64,000 nt of DNA from the NCBI GenBank assembly GCA_963710975.1, contig CAVQCG010000001.1, positions 279,062 through 343,061 on the forward strand, written 5' to 3'. Made by a program: the position numbers and the translations under genes. Numbering within the stretch: position 1 is the first letter of the stretch; each line of letters opens with the position of its first letter. The DNA comes from an uncultured Thermoleophilia bacterium. GTDB taxonomy: Bacteria; Actinomycetota; Thermoleophilia; Gaiellales; Gaiellaceae. Shown piece by piece: positions 1 through 8,680 of the stretch. The notes under the pieces were generated by a model that searched no databases, was not told the origin of the DNA, and worked only from the letters and a program-made list of their open reading frames with translations.

Positions 1-337
1 GGCACCTGCACCGTCCTCGTCGACGGTGAGGCGCGGCGTTCGTGCCTCCTTCCGCTTGCCTCCGTCGACGGTGCAGAGATCACGACTGTCGAGGGGCTCG
101 GATCGCCGGACGACCTGGGTCGCATCCAGAGCGGCATTCAACGATGCCTACGCAGCGCAGTGCGGCTACTGCACGAGCGGGATGATGATCGCGGCCGAAG
201 CGCTCCTGCAGGCGAACCCGACCCCGAGCCGCGAGGACATCGAACGGACGCTCGCCGGCCACTTCTGCCGCTGCACCGGCTACGTCAAGATCATCGAAGC
301 AGTCGAGCTGGCGGCGAAGGGACAGGTGACGGCATGA
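1..337 (+). CDS. (2Fe-2S)-binding small subunit of a xanthine-dehydrogenase/CO-dehydrogenase-family Mo hydroxylase (CoxS-like); 5' end outside window; apparent 1-nt frameshift near 130
   Basis: Frame 1 from base 1 reads GTCTVLVDGEARRSCLLPLASVDGAEITTVEGLGSPDDLGRIQ. The family then continues in frame 2 (track ORF 26..337): AAFNDAYAAQCGYCTSGMM...GHFCRCTGYVKI. Stop overlaps the next start (ATGA 334-337). Confidence 0.8.
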   Translation, partial: APAPSSSTVRRGVRASFRLPPSTVQRSRLSRGSDRRTTWVASRAAFNDAYAAQCGYCTSGMMIAAEALLQANPTPSREDIERTLAGHFCRCTGYVKIIEAVELAAKGQVTA

Positions 338-1707
338 AGGCGGTTGGCGCGCGGCTTCCGCGCTACGACGGAATCGGCCACGTCACGGGCCAGACGCGAT
401 ACGTCGACGACGTCCGTGTCCCCGGCATCCTATGGACGAAGGCTCTCCGCTCTCCGATCCACCGTGGAGACATCACGCGGCTCGACACGAGCAAGGCGCA
501 AGCCCATCCCGGCGTCCATGCCATCGTCACGCACGTGGACGTCCCGAAGAACGTCTACGGCCACCTCGAGGCGCTCGGCATCCCGGCCGACGAGCCGCTC
601 CTCGCCGAGAGCGAGGTGCGCTGGAAAGGGCAGGCCATCGCCGTCGTCGCGGCCGACGACGAGGCCACGGCAAAGGAGGCCGTCGACCTGATCGAGGTCG
701 AGCTCGAGGAGAAAGAGCCGCTGTTCGACATCCGCAAGGCGTTCGACCCGGACGCCCCGCAGATCCACCCATGGGGCAACTGGTACAACCACTTCGAGGG
801 CGAGATGGACCGCCGCCAGATTCGCAAGGGCGATGTTGCGAAGGCGTTCGAGCAGGCAGACGTCATCGTCCAGGGCGTGTACCGTCCCGCCGCGATCGAG
901 CACTGCCCGCTCGAGACCCAGATCTCGCTCAGCGTCCCGGAGCCGGACGGCCGGCTGACCATCTACTCCTGCACCCAGGCCATGTACTTCTCGATGGGAG
1001 TCGTGGCGGCCCACCTGCAGGTGCCGCTGAACCGCCTCAAGCTCGTGGGCGGAACGGTCGGCGGGGGCTTCGGCGGCAAGGTCGACTCGGCAACGGAGAC
1101 GCTGACGGCCCTACTCGCCCTCAAGTCCGGCCGTCCGGTCAAGTGGCGGTTCACTCGTGAGGAGGAGTTCCTCGTCTCATCCACCCGCGCGCCGTGGCAC
1201 ATCGAGATCGCGGATGCGCTCACCGACGACGGATGGATCCTCGGACGAAAGACGCTGACGCTGCACGACTCGGGCGCGTACTCCCGTTTCTCGCCCTACG
1301 GCCTGACGAAGCACGCCTTCCACCACCTCGGCGCGTACACCATCCCGAACGTCCAGTTCGACGGCTACGTCGTGTACACGAACCGGGTGCCCACGACGGC
1401 GATGCGCGGCTTCGGCGTCACCTCGGTGTCCTTCGCCGTCGAGACCCACATGAGTCGAATCGCGGACACGCTCGGGCTCGACCCTTTCGAGTTCCGGCTG
1501 AAGAACGCGAACCGCGTCGGGGACACCTCGGCGAACCGGGTCGTCCTGCAGGATCCGTCGACCGTGCCGATCGTGCAGGCGGTCGCCGAGGCTGCGGGCG
1601 TCGAGCTGGCCGCCGAATTCCGCACCATGACGAGCGAGCCACGGTCGGGCAAGCTCCTGCCCGAGCATCTCGTCTCCCAGCAGGTCCTCGAGAAGGAGAG
1701 CCACTGA
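334..1707 (+). CDS. Mo hydroxylase large subunit, N-terminal part (a/b-hammerhead plus first Mo-binding half)
   Basis: Lies inside track ORF 160..1707. ATG at 334 gives MKAVGARLPRYDGIGHVTGQTRYVDDVRVPGILWTKALRSPIHRGDI...GGTVGGGFGGK..., typical of the XDH/CoxL family. Ends at TGA 1705-1707. Confidence 0.85.
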   Translation: MKAVGARLPRYDGIGHVTGQTRYVDDVRVPGILWTKALRSPIHRGDITRLDTSKAQAHPGVHAIVTHVDVPKNVYGHLEALGIPADEPLLAESEVRWKGQAIAVVAADDEATAKEAVDLIEVELEEKEPLFDIRKAFDPDAPQIHPWGNWYNHFEGEMDRRQIRKGDVAKAFEQADVIVQGVYRPAAIEHCPLETQISLSVPEPDGRLTIYSCTQAMYFSMGVVAAHLQVPLNRLKLVGGTVGGGFGGKVDSATETLTALLALKSGRPVKWRFTREEEFLVSSTRAPWHIEIADALTDDGWILGRKTLTLHDSGAYSRFSPYGLTKHAFHHLGAYTIPNVQFDGYVVYTNRVPTTAMRGFGVTSVSFAVETHMSRIADTLGLDPFEFRLKNANRVGDTSANRVVLQDPSTVPIVQAVAEAAGVELAAEFRTMTSEPRSGKLLPEHLVSQQVLEKESH

Positions 1708-2819
1708 TGGCAAAGCACAGAGGCCGCGGGTTCACCACGATCGAGTACCCGACGGGGATGAACCAGAACGGCGACCCGAGCCAGGCCTGGGTCAAGCTGA
1801 AGCCGGACGGACGGGTCGACGTGTTCGCCGGCACCGTCGACATCGGCCAGGGATCGCGCACCGTCCATACGCAGATCGTCGCGGACGCAATCGGCGTTCC
1901 CTACGACTGGGTGACGATGGACAACACGAACACCGACTCGTCTCCCGTCTGCACCGGGACGTTCGCCTCCCGCGGAACGTTCATCGGCGGGAATGCCGTG
2001 CGCTACGCGGCGGAGAAGGCGAAGGAGCGCGTCCTCGCGATCGCGGCGATGGAGCTCGAGGTGGACGCGGCGGACCTCGTCGTCGAAGACGGCGAGGTGT
2101 TCGCGCGGGGCGCACCGCAGAAGAAGATCGGCGTATCGGACGTGGCCGCCGCCGCGACCTGGAAGTACGGCGAGCTGATCACCGGCACGGGCGCGGCGCT
2201 CAAGCCGTTCGCCACGCTCGATCCCGAGACCGGTGCGGTCGAGGTGGAGCCGCACTCGGCCATCTCCTACGCGGCGTGCGTCGCCGACGTGGAGGTCGAC
2301 GACGAGACAGGCGAGGTCACGGTGCTCAGCCTCCTCGAAGCGTACGACGTCGGCCGCGCCATCAACCCGACCCTCGTCGAAGGGCAGGTCCAGGGCGGCG
2401 CGATGATGGGGCTCGGCCTCGGGTTGCTCGAGAGCTGTTACCCGTACTACCCCTCGACCGACCATCGCGGCGGCGAGTTCGGCGCGTATCTTGCGCCCGG
2501 GATATCGGAGCTCCCGGACATCCAGGCCTTGATTCTCGAGAACCCGTCGGTCGATGGGCCGTTCGGCGCCAAGGCGATCGGGGAGATGGCGAACAACGCT
2601 CAGCCTCCCGCAATCGCGACCGCGGTACATGACGCGGTCGGGGTGTGGATCACGGAGCTTCCGATCACGCCCGAGAAGGTGCTTCGCGCGCTGGATCGGA
2701 AGGCCGCCGGCGAGGACGCGCCTAGGCGTGAGGGAAAGCGGGTGATCTTCGACGAGGAGATCTCCCTGAACGCCGTCGGCGCGGACGACGCCGCGGTGAG
2801 GTTCACCCTCGATGGCTAG
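1707..2819 (+). CDS. Mo hydroxylase large subunit, C-terminal part (separate polypeptide)
   Basis: ATG 1707 shares one nt with the preceding TGA (TGATG). MAKHRGRGFTTIEYPTG...VDIGQGSRTVHTQIVADAIGV...FGAKAIGEMANNAQPPAIATAVHDAVG matches the C-terminal Mo-cofactor-binding half. Confidence 0.85.
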   Translation: MAKHRGRGFTTIEYPTGMNQNGDPSQAWVKLKPDGRVDVFAGTVDIGQGSRTVHTQIVADAIGVPYDWVTMDNTNTDSSPVCTGTFASRGTFIGGNAVRYAAEKAKERVLAIAAMELEVDAADLVVEDGEVFARGAPQKKIGVSDVAAAATWKYGELITGTGAALKPFATLDPETGAVEVEPHSAISYAACVADVEVDDETGEVTVLSLLEAYDVGRAINPTLVEGQVQGGAMMGLGLGLLESCYPYYPSTDHRGGEFGAYLAPGISELPDIQALILENPSVDGPFGAKAIGEMANNAQPPAIATAVHDAVGVWITELPITPEKVLRALDRKAAGEDAPRREGKRVIFDEEISLNAVGADDAAVRFTLDG

Positions 2820-3216
2820 CGAGACCGGGGCGACTCCGTTTCGGACCTGGAACGGCGTCGAGCCCTTCGAGTTCGTCGACGGGGTCACCCTCAACGCGAT
2901 CGGCGGCGAGCAGGTGCTTCTCTGCCGGGTGACGTACAAGCCCGGGAAGAAGGTGCCGCTCCACAAGCACGACGACACGGAGCAGGTGATGGTCATCCTC
3001 GACGGCTCGGTCGACATGGCGATCGAGGGCACGTGGCAGACGCTCGGGGCGGGCGACGTCGTCGTCGTGAACCGCGGCCTCGAGCACGAGCTCTACTCGG
3101 AGTCGGGGGTCTCGTTCTTCGAGGCGCTCGCACCGGTGCCGCTCGACCACGTGCCCGACCGGGCACGCGATCTCGTGCTCGGTCCGGACGGGGGCTCGGG
3201 CCACGTCGATCGGTGA
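2812..3216 (+). CDS. cupin domain protein
   Basis: 134-aa ORF with an 8-nt overlap on the upstream gene. Contains GKKVPLHKHDDTEQVMVILDGSVDM...GDVVVVNRGLEHEL, a cupin two-motif pattern. Confidence 0.75.
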   Translation: MASETGATPFRTWNGVEPFEFVDGVTLNAIGGEQVLLCRVTYKPGKKVPLHKHDDTEQVMVILDGSVDMAIEGTWQTLGAGDVVVVNRGLEHELYSESGVSFFEALAPVPLDHVPDRARDLVLGPDGGSGHVDR

Positions 3217-4169
3217 GTGACCCTCCCGTCCCGTCAATCGACGGGACGGCTCGCGTTCATTCGTTGGCGGCCGCTGCGGTGGCCGCCATCGTGCTCCTGG
3301 CCTGCGTCTACGGCATTGCCGTGCAGACGCGGTCGGGACAGCGCCTCGACGTGAACGCCGTCCTCGGACGCTACGTGTCGGACCGAGCGTCCGACAGCCT
3401 CCTCCGCGTGCTCGACACGATCGGCGTCGCGTCGCTCGCGGTCGTCGGCGGAACGATCATGCTCGTCGCCGTCCTCCGCCGAAGACCGTATCTGGCGCTC
3501 GCAGCCGGTGTTCTGATTCTGGGATCGAACGTCACGACGCAGGCGTTGAAGAGAGGGGTCCTCCCGAGGCCGCAGCTCCTCGCGCCGGAGTTCGTCGACG
3601 GGCCGAGCTTTCCCAGCGGCCACACGACGGTCGCCATGTCCCTCGCGGTGGCCCTCGTCCTCGTCGTACCCCGATCTGTCCGCGGAGTCGTGGCCCTGTG
3701 CGCCCTCGTGTATCCGATCGCGGTGGGAACGGCAGTCGTCAGCGTGGGCTGGCACCGTCCGTCCGACGTGTACGGGGCCTTCCTCGTCGTGTTCGCATGG
3801 GCGACATCGGCGTGCGCGATCGTCATCGCTCGCCACGGCACGGGTGAAGGCACACGGTCGGGCGCCGAGCGATGGCACGCCGGCAAGGCTGTCGTCAGTC
3901 CGGCCCTGCTCGTGATCGGACTCGGATTGCTCGGCTTGGCTGTCCTGATCGCCCTGGGCGTCGCGCTCGAGCAGCGACGGAGCGGCTTCGACGTGATCGG
4001 GCCCGGATACGACTTCGGCGTCGCGATTCTCGCCATCGTCGGCACCGCAGCCGGACTCACCGCGATCCTGCTCTGGCTTCTGCGGGGGATCAGCCTCGAC
4101 GCGCCCGACGATCGCGCGACGACTAGGGGCCTGTCCGGAAACCTCGGTGCGGGCGGGACTCGCGCGTGA
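3213..4169 (+). CDS. PAP2-family membrane phosphatase
   Basis: GTG 3213 overlaps the cupin stop (GTGA). Multi-TM protein with PAP2 motifs KRGVLPRP, PSGHT and WHRPSD. The longer ATG-extended track ORF 3033.. overlaps the cupin gene and is Arg-rich. Confidence 0.75.
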   Translation: MSDPPVPSIDGTARVHSLAAAAVAAIVLLACVYGIAVQTRSGQRLDVNAVLGRYVSDRASDSLLRVLDTIGVASLAVVGGTIMLVAVLRRRPYLALAAGVLILGSNVTTQALKRGVLPRPQLLAPEFVDGPSFPSGHTTVAMSLAVALVLVVPRSVRGVVALCALVYPIAVGTAVVSVGWHRPSDVYGAFLVVFAWATSACAIVIARHGTGEGTRSGAERWHAGKAVVSPALLVIGLGLLGLAVLIALGVALEQRRSGFDVIGPGYDFGVAILAIVGTAAGLTAILLWLLRGISLDAPDDRATTRGLSGNLGAGGTRA

Positions 4170-4291
4170 GGGTGCCTGGCAAGGACGCAGGAGACGGCGC
4201 TACCAGACAGGTAACGCTGTCTCCGAGGACGCAGCCAGGCGCTCTCACGCGCGGCCTCCGGACGTGGCGGGGTTTTCGGACAGGCCCCTAG
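4123..4291. repeat. about 170-bp imperfect palindromic element in a convergent gene gap (MITE/REP-like or bidirectional terminator)
   Basis: Terminal arms CTAGGGGCCTGTCCGGAAACC / GGTTTTCGGACAGGCCCCTAG match 20/21. Inner arms GCGCGTGAGGGTGCCTGGC / GCCAGGCGCTCTCACGCGC match 17/19. Central arms GGAGACGGCGCTACC / GGTAACGCTGTCTCC match 13/15. Confidence 0.6.
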
Positions 4292-5616
4292 GTCACAGGC
4301 CTCTCCAGCCGCGCGCTGAGACCGGCGACTGCGTCCTTGACCTTGCTGACGAGGGCGGGAACGTCCACGCCCAGGAGCTCGCCGTCACGCTTCTTCGCGA
4401 CCCCGTCGATCCAGACGGAGTCGACGTTGCGGGGTTGCGCGGCGAGCACGACCTGACCGTCCGCGACGTTGAGCGGCGCGAGGTTGAGGTCGTCGGCGCG
4501 GAGCATGATCACGTCGGCGCGCTTGCCTACGGTGAGCGATCCTGTGACATCGCCGAGCCGGAGCGCCGCCGCGCCGTCGATCGTCGCCTGCCGGAGGACC
4601 TGATCGGGCTGGTAGACCGTCGCGTCCTCGTAGCGGCCGCGCTCGACGCACATGGTCGCTCGCATCGTCGCGAACATGTCGGAGTTGTCGCTCGCAGCCA
4701 TCGTGTCGAGCGAGAAGTTGACGTTCACGCCGGCCTTCAGCATCGCGACGACCGGGGGTATGCCCATCCCGGTCCTGAGCTCCGAGAAGATCGAGACCGA
4801 GACCGGCGTACCCGTGTCTGCAAGCGCGCGGATCTCGTCCTCGTCGGCGTGAATCGCGTGAACGAGCAGATGGTCGGGGCCGAGGACGCCGTGCTCCTTG
4901 TAGACGGTGATCGCGCGCACGCGCTCGATGTCGTGGCGGGTCATCATCGTGTGCGTGGTGAAGGGAAGGCCCTCTTCGCGCGCGAAGGCGTACTCGGACT
5001 GCCAGATCTCGGGCTGCGAGTACTCGGCGCCGCGGCACGCGATGCCGAGGTGGAGAAGGTCGTCCGGGCCGCCGAAGGCTGGCTTCAGCTCGCGGACGTG
5101 CTCGAAGTCGATGGTCTCGGTTCCCTGGGCGAACGAGCTGCCCGCGGTCGGGTCGCTCGACGGGCCGTACGAGAAGCGGCCGCGCATTCCCGACTCGCGG
5201 AATGCGGCGATCGCGGCGTCTGCGTGCTCGCGCGTCTGGAGGTTGTGCTCCCAGGCGTGGAGTGTCGTGATCCCCGAGTCGATCGCTTCGGCGAGGCCGA
5301 AGGTGATCGACGCGTGCGTGTCGTCGGGCGTGAAGTTGGCGCCATAGGTGAAGACGACGTCGTGGAAGTACGTGCTGAGATCGCCGTAGCACGCGCATCC
5401 GCGGAGCATCGCCGCCCACATGTGCCGGTGCGTGTCGACGAAGCCGGGCAGGACGATCCTGTCCCGTCCGTCGATCACCTCGGCCCCGCTCGCGTCGAGG
5501 CCGACGCCGACTCCGGCGATCCGGTTCCCTTCGATGAGGACGTCGCCGTCCGGGATCGTGCCCAGCCCGTCGTCCATCGTCAGGACGTGGGCACCGCGGA
5601 TGAGTATCTTGGTCAT
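4288..5616 (-). CDS. amidohydrolase-superfamily enzyme (deaminase/chlorohydrolase-like)
   Basis: 442 aa. MTKILIRGAHVLTMDD...IVLPGFVDTHRHMW (metal-binding HxH) ...HAIHADEDE...SLDT. Confidence 0.85.
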   Translation of the reverse strand: MTKILIRGAHVLTMDDGLGTIPDGDVLIEGNRIAGVGVGLDASGAEVIDGRDRIVLPGFVDTHRHMWAAMLRGCACYGDLSTYFHDVVFTYGANFTPDDTHASITFGLAEAIDSGITTLHAWEHNLQTREHADAAIAAFRESGMRGRFSYGPSSDPTAGSSFAQGTETIDFEHVRELKPAFGGPDDLLHLGIACRGAEYSQPEIWQSEYAFAREEGLPFTTHTMMTRHDIERVRAITVYKEHGVLGPDHLLVHAIHADEDEIRALADTGTPVSVSIFSELRTGMGIPPVVAMLKAGVNVNFSLDTMAASDNSDMFATMRATMCVERGRYEDATVYQPDQVLRQATIDGAAALRLGDVTGSLTVGKRADVIMLRADDLNLAPLNVADGQVVLAAQPRNVDSVWIDGVAKKRDGELLGVDVPALVSKVKDAVAGLSARLERPVT

Positions 5617-7283
5617 GGGGATCTCCTCTCTGCGCTCTCGCGGATCTCGGTCAGGGACGCGCGAGGGGTGATGGCCTCCGCGTCGACGCGGAGCTCGATC
5701 AGGGCGGGCAGGCCAGACTCGACGGCCCGGTCGAAGGCAGGCGCGAAATCCTCGGTGCGCTCGACCACGTCGCCGTGCGCACCGAACGCGCGGGCATACG
5801 CAGCGAAGTCGGGGTTCATGAGGTCTGTGCCGTAGGGACGGCCGGGAAACTGACGCTCCTGGTGCATGCGTATCGTCCCGTACATGCCGTTGTTGACGAC
5901 GAGTATGACGACCGGGAGCCCGTACTGGCAGGCCGTGGCCAGCTCCTGTCCGTTCATCAGGAAGTCACCGTCTCCGGAGAAGCAGACGACGATCCTGTCG
6001 GGATGCACGACCTTGGCGGCAACAGCAGCGGGCACCCCGTAGCCCATCGCCCCGCTCGTCGGGGCAAGCTGCGTGCGGTAGCGCCGAAACCGGTAGAAGC
6101 GGTGGGCCCAGACCGTGTAGTTGCCTGCCCCGTTCGTCACGATCGCGTCGTCGGGGAGGCGGTCGGCGAGGTAGGCGACGATCTCGCTCACGTTGACGGC
6201 CCCGGGGGCCGGGAGCGGCCTGGAATGAGCCAGGTAGTCCGCGCGGGCGGCCTCGGCCCAACCCGCCCAGCGCGACGCGTCCACCGGCTCGAGGGTGCTC
6301 GCGGCCGCACAGAACTCGGGGAGGCCCGAGGCGATCGCGACATCCGCCTGGTACACGCGTCCGAGCTCCTCGATTCCGGGATGGACGTGGACGAGGCGCT
6401 GCTTCGGCCGTGGAATGTCGAGAAGGGTGTAGCCAGAGGTGGTCGACTCGCCGAGCCGCGAGCCGATCGCGATGAGGAGATCGGCGTCCCGGACACGCTG
6501 CGCGAGCGCCGGGTTGATCGCCAGGCCAACGTCTCCGACGTAGAGCGGCGAACGGTTGTCGAGGTAGTCCTGGCAGCGAAACGAGGCGCCGGTCGGGAGC
6601 CCGTTCGCCTCGACGAAGGCGCGCAGATCGTCTGACGCACCCTCGGTCCAGCCTCCGCCGCCGACGATGGCGAGCGGACGCTCGGCGCCTTCCAGGAGAT
6701 CGCGCATACGCGCCAGGTCAGAAGCTCCCGGGTGAGCCTGCACGCGCCGGTAGGCCCACGCATCGACGGTGTCGCATTCCTCCGCGAGCATGTCCTCGGG
6801 CAGGGCGAGCACCACCGGGCCCGGCCGACCGGACACCGCAGTCGTGAACGCGCGGGCCACCAGCTCCGGAAGCCTCGCCGGGTCGTCGATCTCCGCCGCC
6901 CATTTCGACTGGCCGTCGAAGACCCTGTCGACGTCGACCTCCTGGAACGCCTCCCGCCCGCGGGCATCGCGCGCAACCTGGCCCATGAGGAGGATCATCG
7001 GCGTGGAGTCCTGGAACGCTGTGTGCACGCCGATCGAGGCGTTGGTCGCGCCCGGCCCCCGGGTGACGAAGCAGATTCCCGGCTTGCCGGTGAGCTTCCC
7101 GTAGGCCTCCGCCATGTTGGCCGCACCGCCCTCCTGGCGGCAGACGATCAACCGGATCTCGTCCCTTGCGCCGCCGAGCGCGTCGAGCGCGGCGATGTAG
7201 CTCTCGCCGGGAACGCAGAAGACCGTGTCGACGCCGTGGATACGCAGCTGGTCGACGAGAATCTGGCCGCCGGTGCGACTCAC
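5613..7283 (-). CDS. thiamine-pyrophosphate enzyme (acetolactate-synthase-like)
   Basis: GTG at 7283 overlaps the upstream stop (GTGA). VSRTGGQILVDQLRIHGVDTVFCVPGESY...GPGATN...GDGDFLMNGQELATA...NNGMYGTI (TPP-binding motif). The track extension to 7475 overlaps the upstream gene. Confidence 0.85.
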   Translation of the reverse strand: MSRTGGQILVDQLRIHGVDTVFCVPGESYIAALDALGGARDEIRLIVCRQEGGAANMAEAYGKLTGKPGICFVTRGPGATNASIGVHTAFQDSTPMILLMGQVARDARGREAFQEVDVDRVFDGQSKWAAEIDDPARLPELVARAFTTAVSGRPGPVVLALPEDMLAEECDTVDAWAYRRVQAHPGASDLARMRDLLEGAERPLAIVGGGGWTEGASDDLRAFVEANGLPTGASFRCQDYLDNRSPLYVGDVGLAINPALAQRVRDADLLIAIGSRLGESTTSGYTLLDIPRPKQRLVHVHPGIEELGRVYQADVAIASGLPEFCAAASTLEPVDASRWAGWAEAARADYLAHSRPLPAPGAVNVSEIVAYLADRLPDDAIVTNGAGNYTVWAHRFYRFRRYRTQLAPTSGAMGYGVPAAVAAKVVHPDRIVVCFSGDGDFLMNGQELATACQYGLPVVILVVNNGMYGTIRMHQERQFPGRPYGTDLMNPDFAAYARAFGAHGDVVERTEDFAPAFDRAVESGLPALIELRVDAEAITPRASLTEIRESAERRSP

Positions 7284-7816
7284 GGGAGCTCGACCGGGTG
7301 CTCGAGGAAGATCGTCGCGCGCTGCGTCTTCGGCTTCTCGGCGTCGGCCGGGTCGACGTAGCTGATCGTGCGCTTCCCCTCCCACTCGCGCGGGAGGAGC
7401 AAGACCCGCACGAAGGCTGTGTCCTCGGTCTCGGAGGCGGCGGCAAAGACGGGATCGGGCCCCGACTCGAACCACGGTTGGCCCGGGCCGTACGTGGTCG
7501 AGTGCCCCTCGGCATCGATCCGGATCTCACCGATGAGCAGGCAGCGGATGCCGGGCCCGGGGTGGGTGTGCCGGTAGGCGATCCCACCCGGAGGGAAGTC
7601 GACGCGGTCACATCGCACGAGCCAGTCGACCGCCGGGTCGAGCTGGAGAGCAACGTTGAGCGTCGCTCCCTCTCCACTGCCACCGAGCTCCCAGACGAGC
7701 GCCGGTCCATCGACGCGTGCCGCGCCGAAATATGCCGCGTTTCGCTCGAGGTCGTAGACGACGCGGTTCCCGTCCACGGTTTCGACGCCGTCGTGGTGGT
7801 GAAGCGAGAAGTTCAC
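7280..7816 (-). CDS. cupin-like protein
   Basis: 178 aa, GTG start. DFPPGGIAYRHTHPGPGIRCLLIGEIRIDAEGH is a cupin-type metal motif. First gene of the 7816->4288 coupled set. Confidence 0.65.
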   Translation of the reverse strand: MNFSLHHHDGVETVDGNRVVYDLERNAAYFGAARVDGPALVWELGGSGEGATLNVALQLDPAVDWLVRCDRVDFPPGGIAYRHTHPGPGIRCLLIGEIRIDAEGHSTTYGPGQPWFESGPDPVFAAASETEDTAFVRVLLLPREWEGKRTISYVDPADAEKPKTQRATIFLEHPVELP

Positions 7817-7820
7817 GCGA

Positions 7821-7857
7821 TCAGTGGAACGTCTGCCCGCCGTCGATCACGATCGCC
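7821..7857 (-). repeat. orphan duplicate of the SDR gene 3' end (encodes ..EAIVIDGGQTFH*)
   Basis: 37 nt match 7925-7961 with 2 mismatches. Only 13 codons plus the stop remain, 5 nt upstream of the cupin GTG. Confidence 0.7.
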
Positions 7858-7861
7858 TCAG

Positions 7862-7888
7862 CGTGGGGGAAACCATGTTTCCCCCACG
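7862..7888. terminator. perfect 12-bp stem / 3-nt loop hairpin
   Basis: CGTGGGGGAAAC-CAT-GTTTCCCCCACG lies between the two copies of the SDR 3' end. There is no U-tract. Confidence 0.45.
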
Positions 7889-7924
7889 GGCCCCCTTCTT
7901 CTCGACGAGTAATGACTCCCACGG

Positions 7925-8671
7925 TCAATGGAACGTCTGCCCGCCGTCGATCACGATCGTCTGGCCCGTGATGAAGTCGGACCCAGGCCCGGAGAAGAAG
8001 ACGACAGCCCCCACGACGTCCTCCGGGAGCTGATCCCGCTGGATCGTCCGGGCAGCGACGGACACGTCGCGGAGCTTCTCGATCACCTCGGGATGCTCCC
8101 TGACGCCCTCCGTCATCGTGAAGCCAGGGGCGACGCAGTTCACGCGGACGTCATCCTTGCCGAGCTCCTTGGCGAGCGCCCGCGTGAACGCGACGATGGC
8201 GCCCTTGCTCGTCACGTAGTGCAGGAGGAACGGAACTCCCCGGAACGGGGTCCCGGACGAGATGTTGACGATCTTCCCGCCGCCCTGACCCCGCATCACC
8301 GGCACGACGGCCCGGCATGTCAGGAACATGCTCGCGACGTTCACATCCATGACCTGGCGCCACTCCTCGAGGGGGATCTCCTCGAAGGGGCGCATGGCCA
8401 GCGAGGCATAGAGGCCGGCGTTGTTCACCAGCACGTCGATCCTGCCGCAGCGCTGCATCGTGTCGGCGACCATCCGCGCGACGTCCGCCTCGGACGAGAC
8501 GTCGACGGAGAGCCCGACCCCGTCGCTGAAGCCCGCGGTAGCCTCCTCGGCAGCACGCAGATCGGCGATCACGATGCGCGCGCCTTCCGCGGCGAGCCCC
8601 CGCGCGATCGCGAGCCCGATGCCCTGAGCCCCGCCCGTGACGATCGCGACCTTCCCGTCGAGCGCGCCCAT
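7925..8671 (-). CDS. SDR-family oxidoreductase (FabG-like)
   Basis: 248 aa. VAIVTGGAQGIGLAIA (TGxxxGxG), NNAG, and a YVTSK-type catalytic Y..K. Confidence 0.9.
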   Translation of the reverse strand: MGALDGKVAIVTGGAQGIGLAIARGLAAEGARIVIADLRAAEEATAGFSDGVGLSVDVSSEADVARMVADTMQRCGRIDVLVNNAGLYASLAMRPFEEIPLEEWRQVMDVNVASMFLTCRAVVPVMRGQGGGKIVNISSGTPFRGVPFLLHYVTSKGAIVAFTRALAKELGKDDVRVNCVAPGFTMTEGVREHPEVIEKLRDVSVAARTIQRDQLPEDVVGAVVFFSGPGSDFITGQTIVIDGGQTFH

Positions 8672-8680
8672 CGAGCCGTG

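Noticed and set aside
1705-1709. Treating the large-subunit split as a simple nonsense mutation
   Set aside because: The stop falls exactly in the inter-domain linker and an ATG shares its last base, giving a complete second polypeptide. I kept it as a finding to be tested against orthologs rather than calling a pseudogene.
1365-3032. 555-aa antisense ORF. Similar antisense ORFs: 4147..5835 +, 9361..10554 +, 17802..19925 +, 24669..26624 +, 29607..31322 +, 37707..39236 -, 49888..51732 -, 58058..59356 -
   Set aside because: All lie opposite genes with strong family signatures. They are rich in Arg/Gly/Pro/Asp, as expected for shadow frames in high-GC DNA, and show no motifs.
7284-7475. N-terminal extension of the TPP-enzyme ORF (track 5613..7475)
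   Set aside because: The extension overlaps the upstream cupin gene and is Arg-rich. The GTG at 7283 gives the canonical N-terminus and a GTGA junction.
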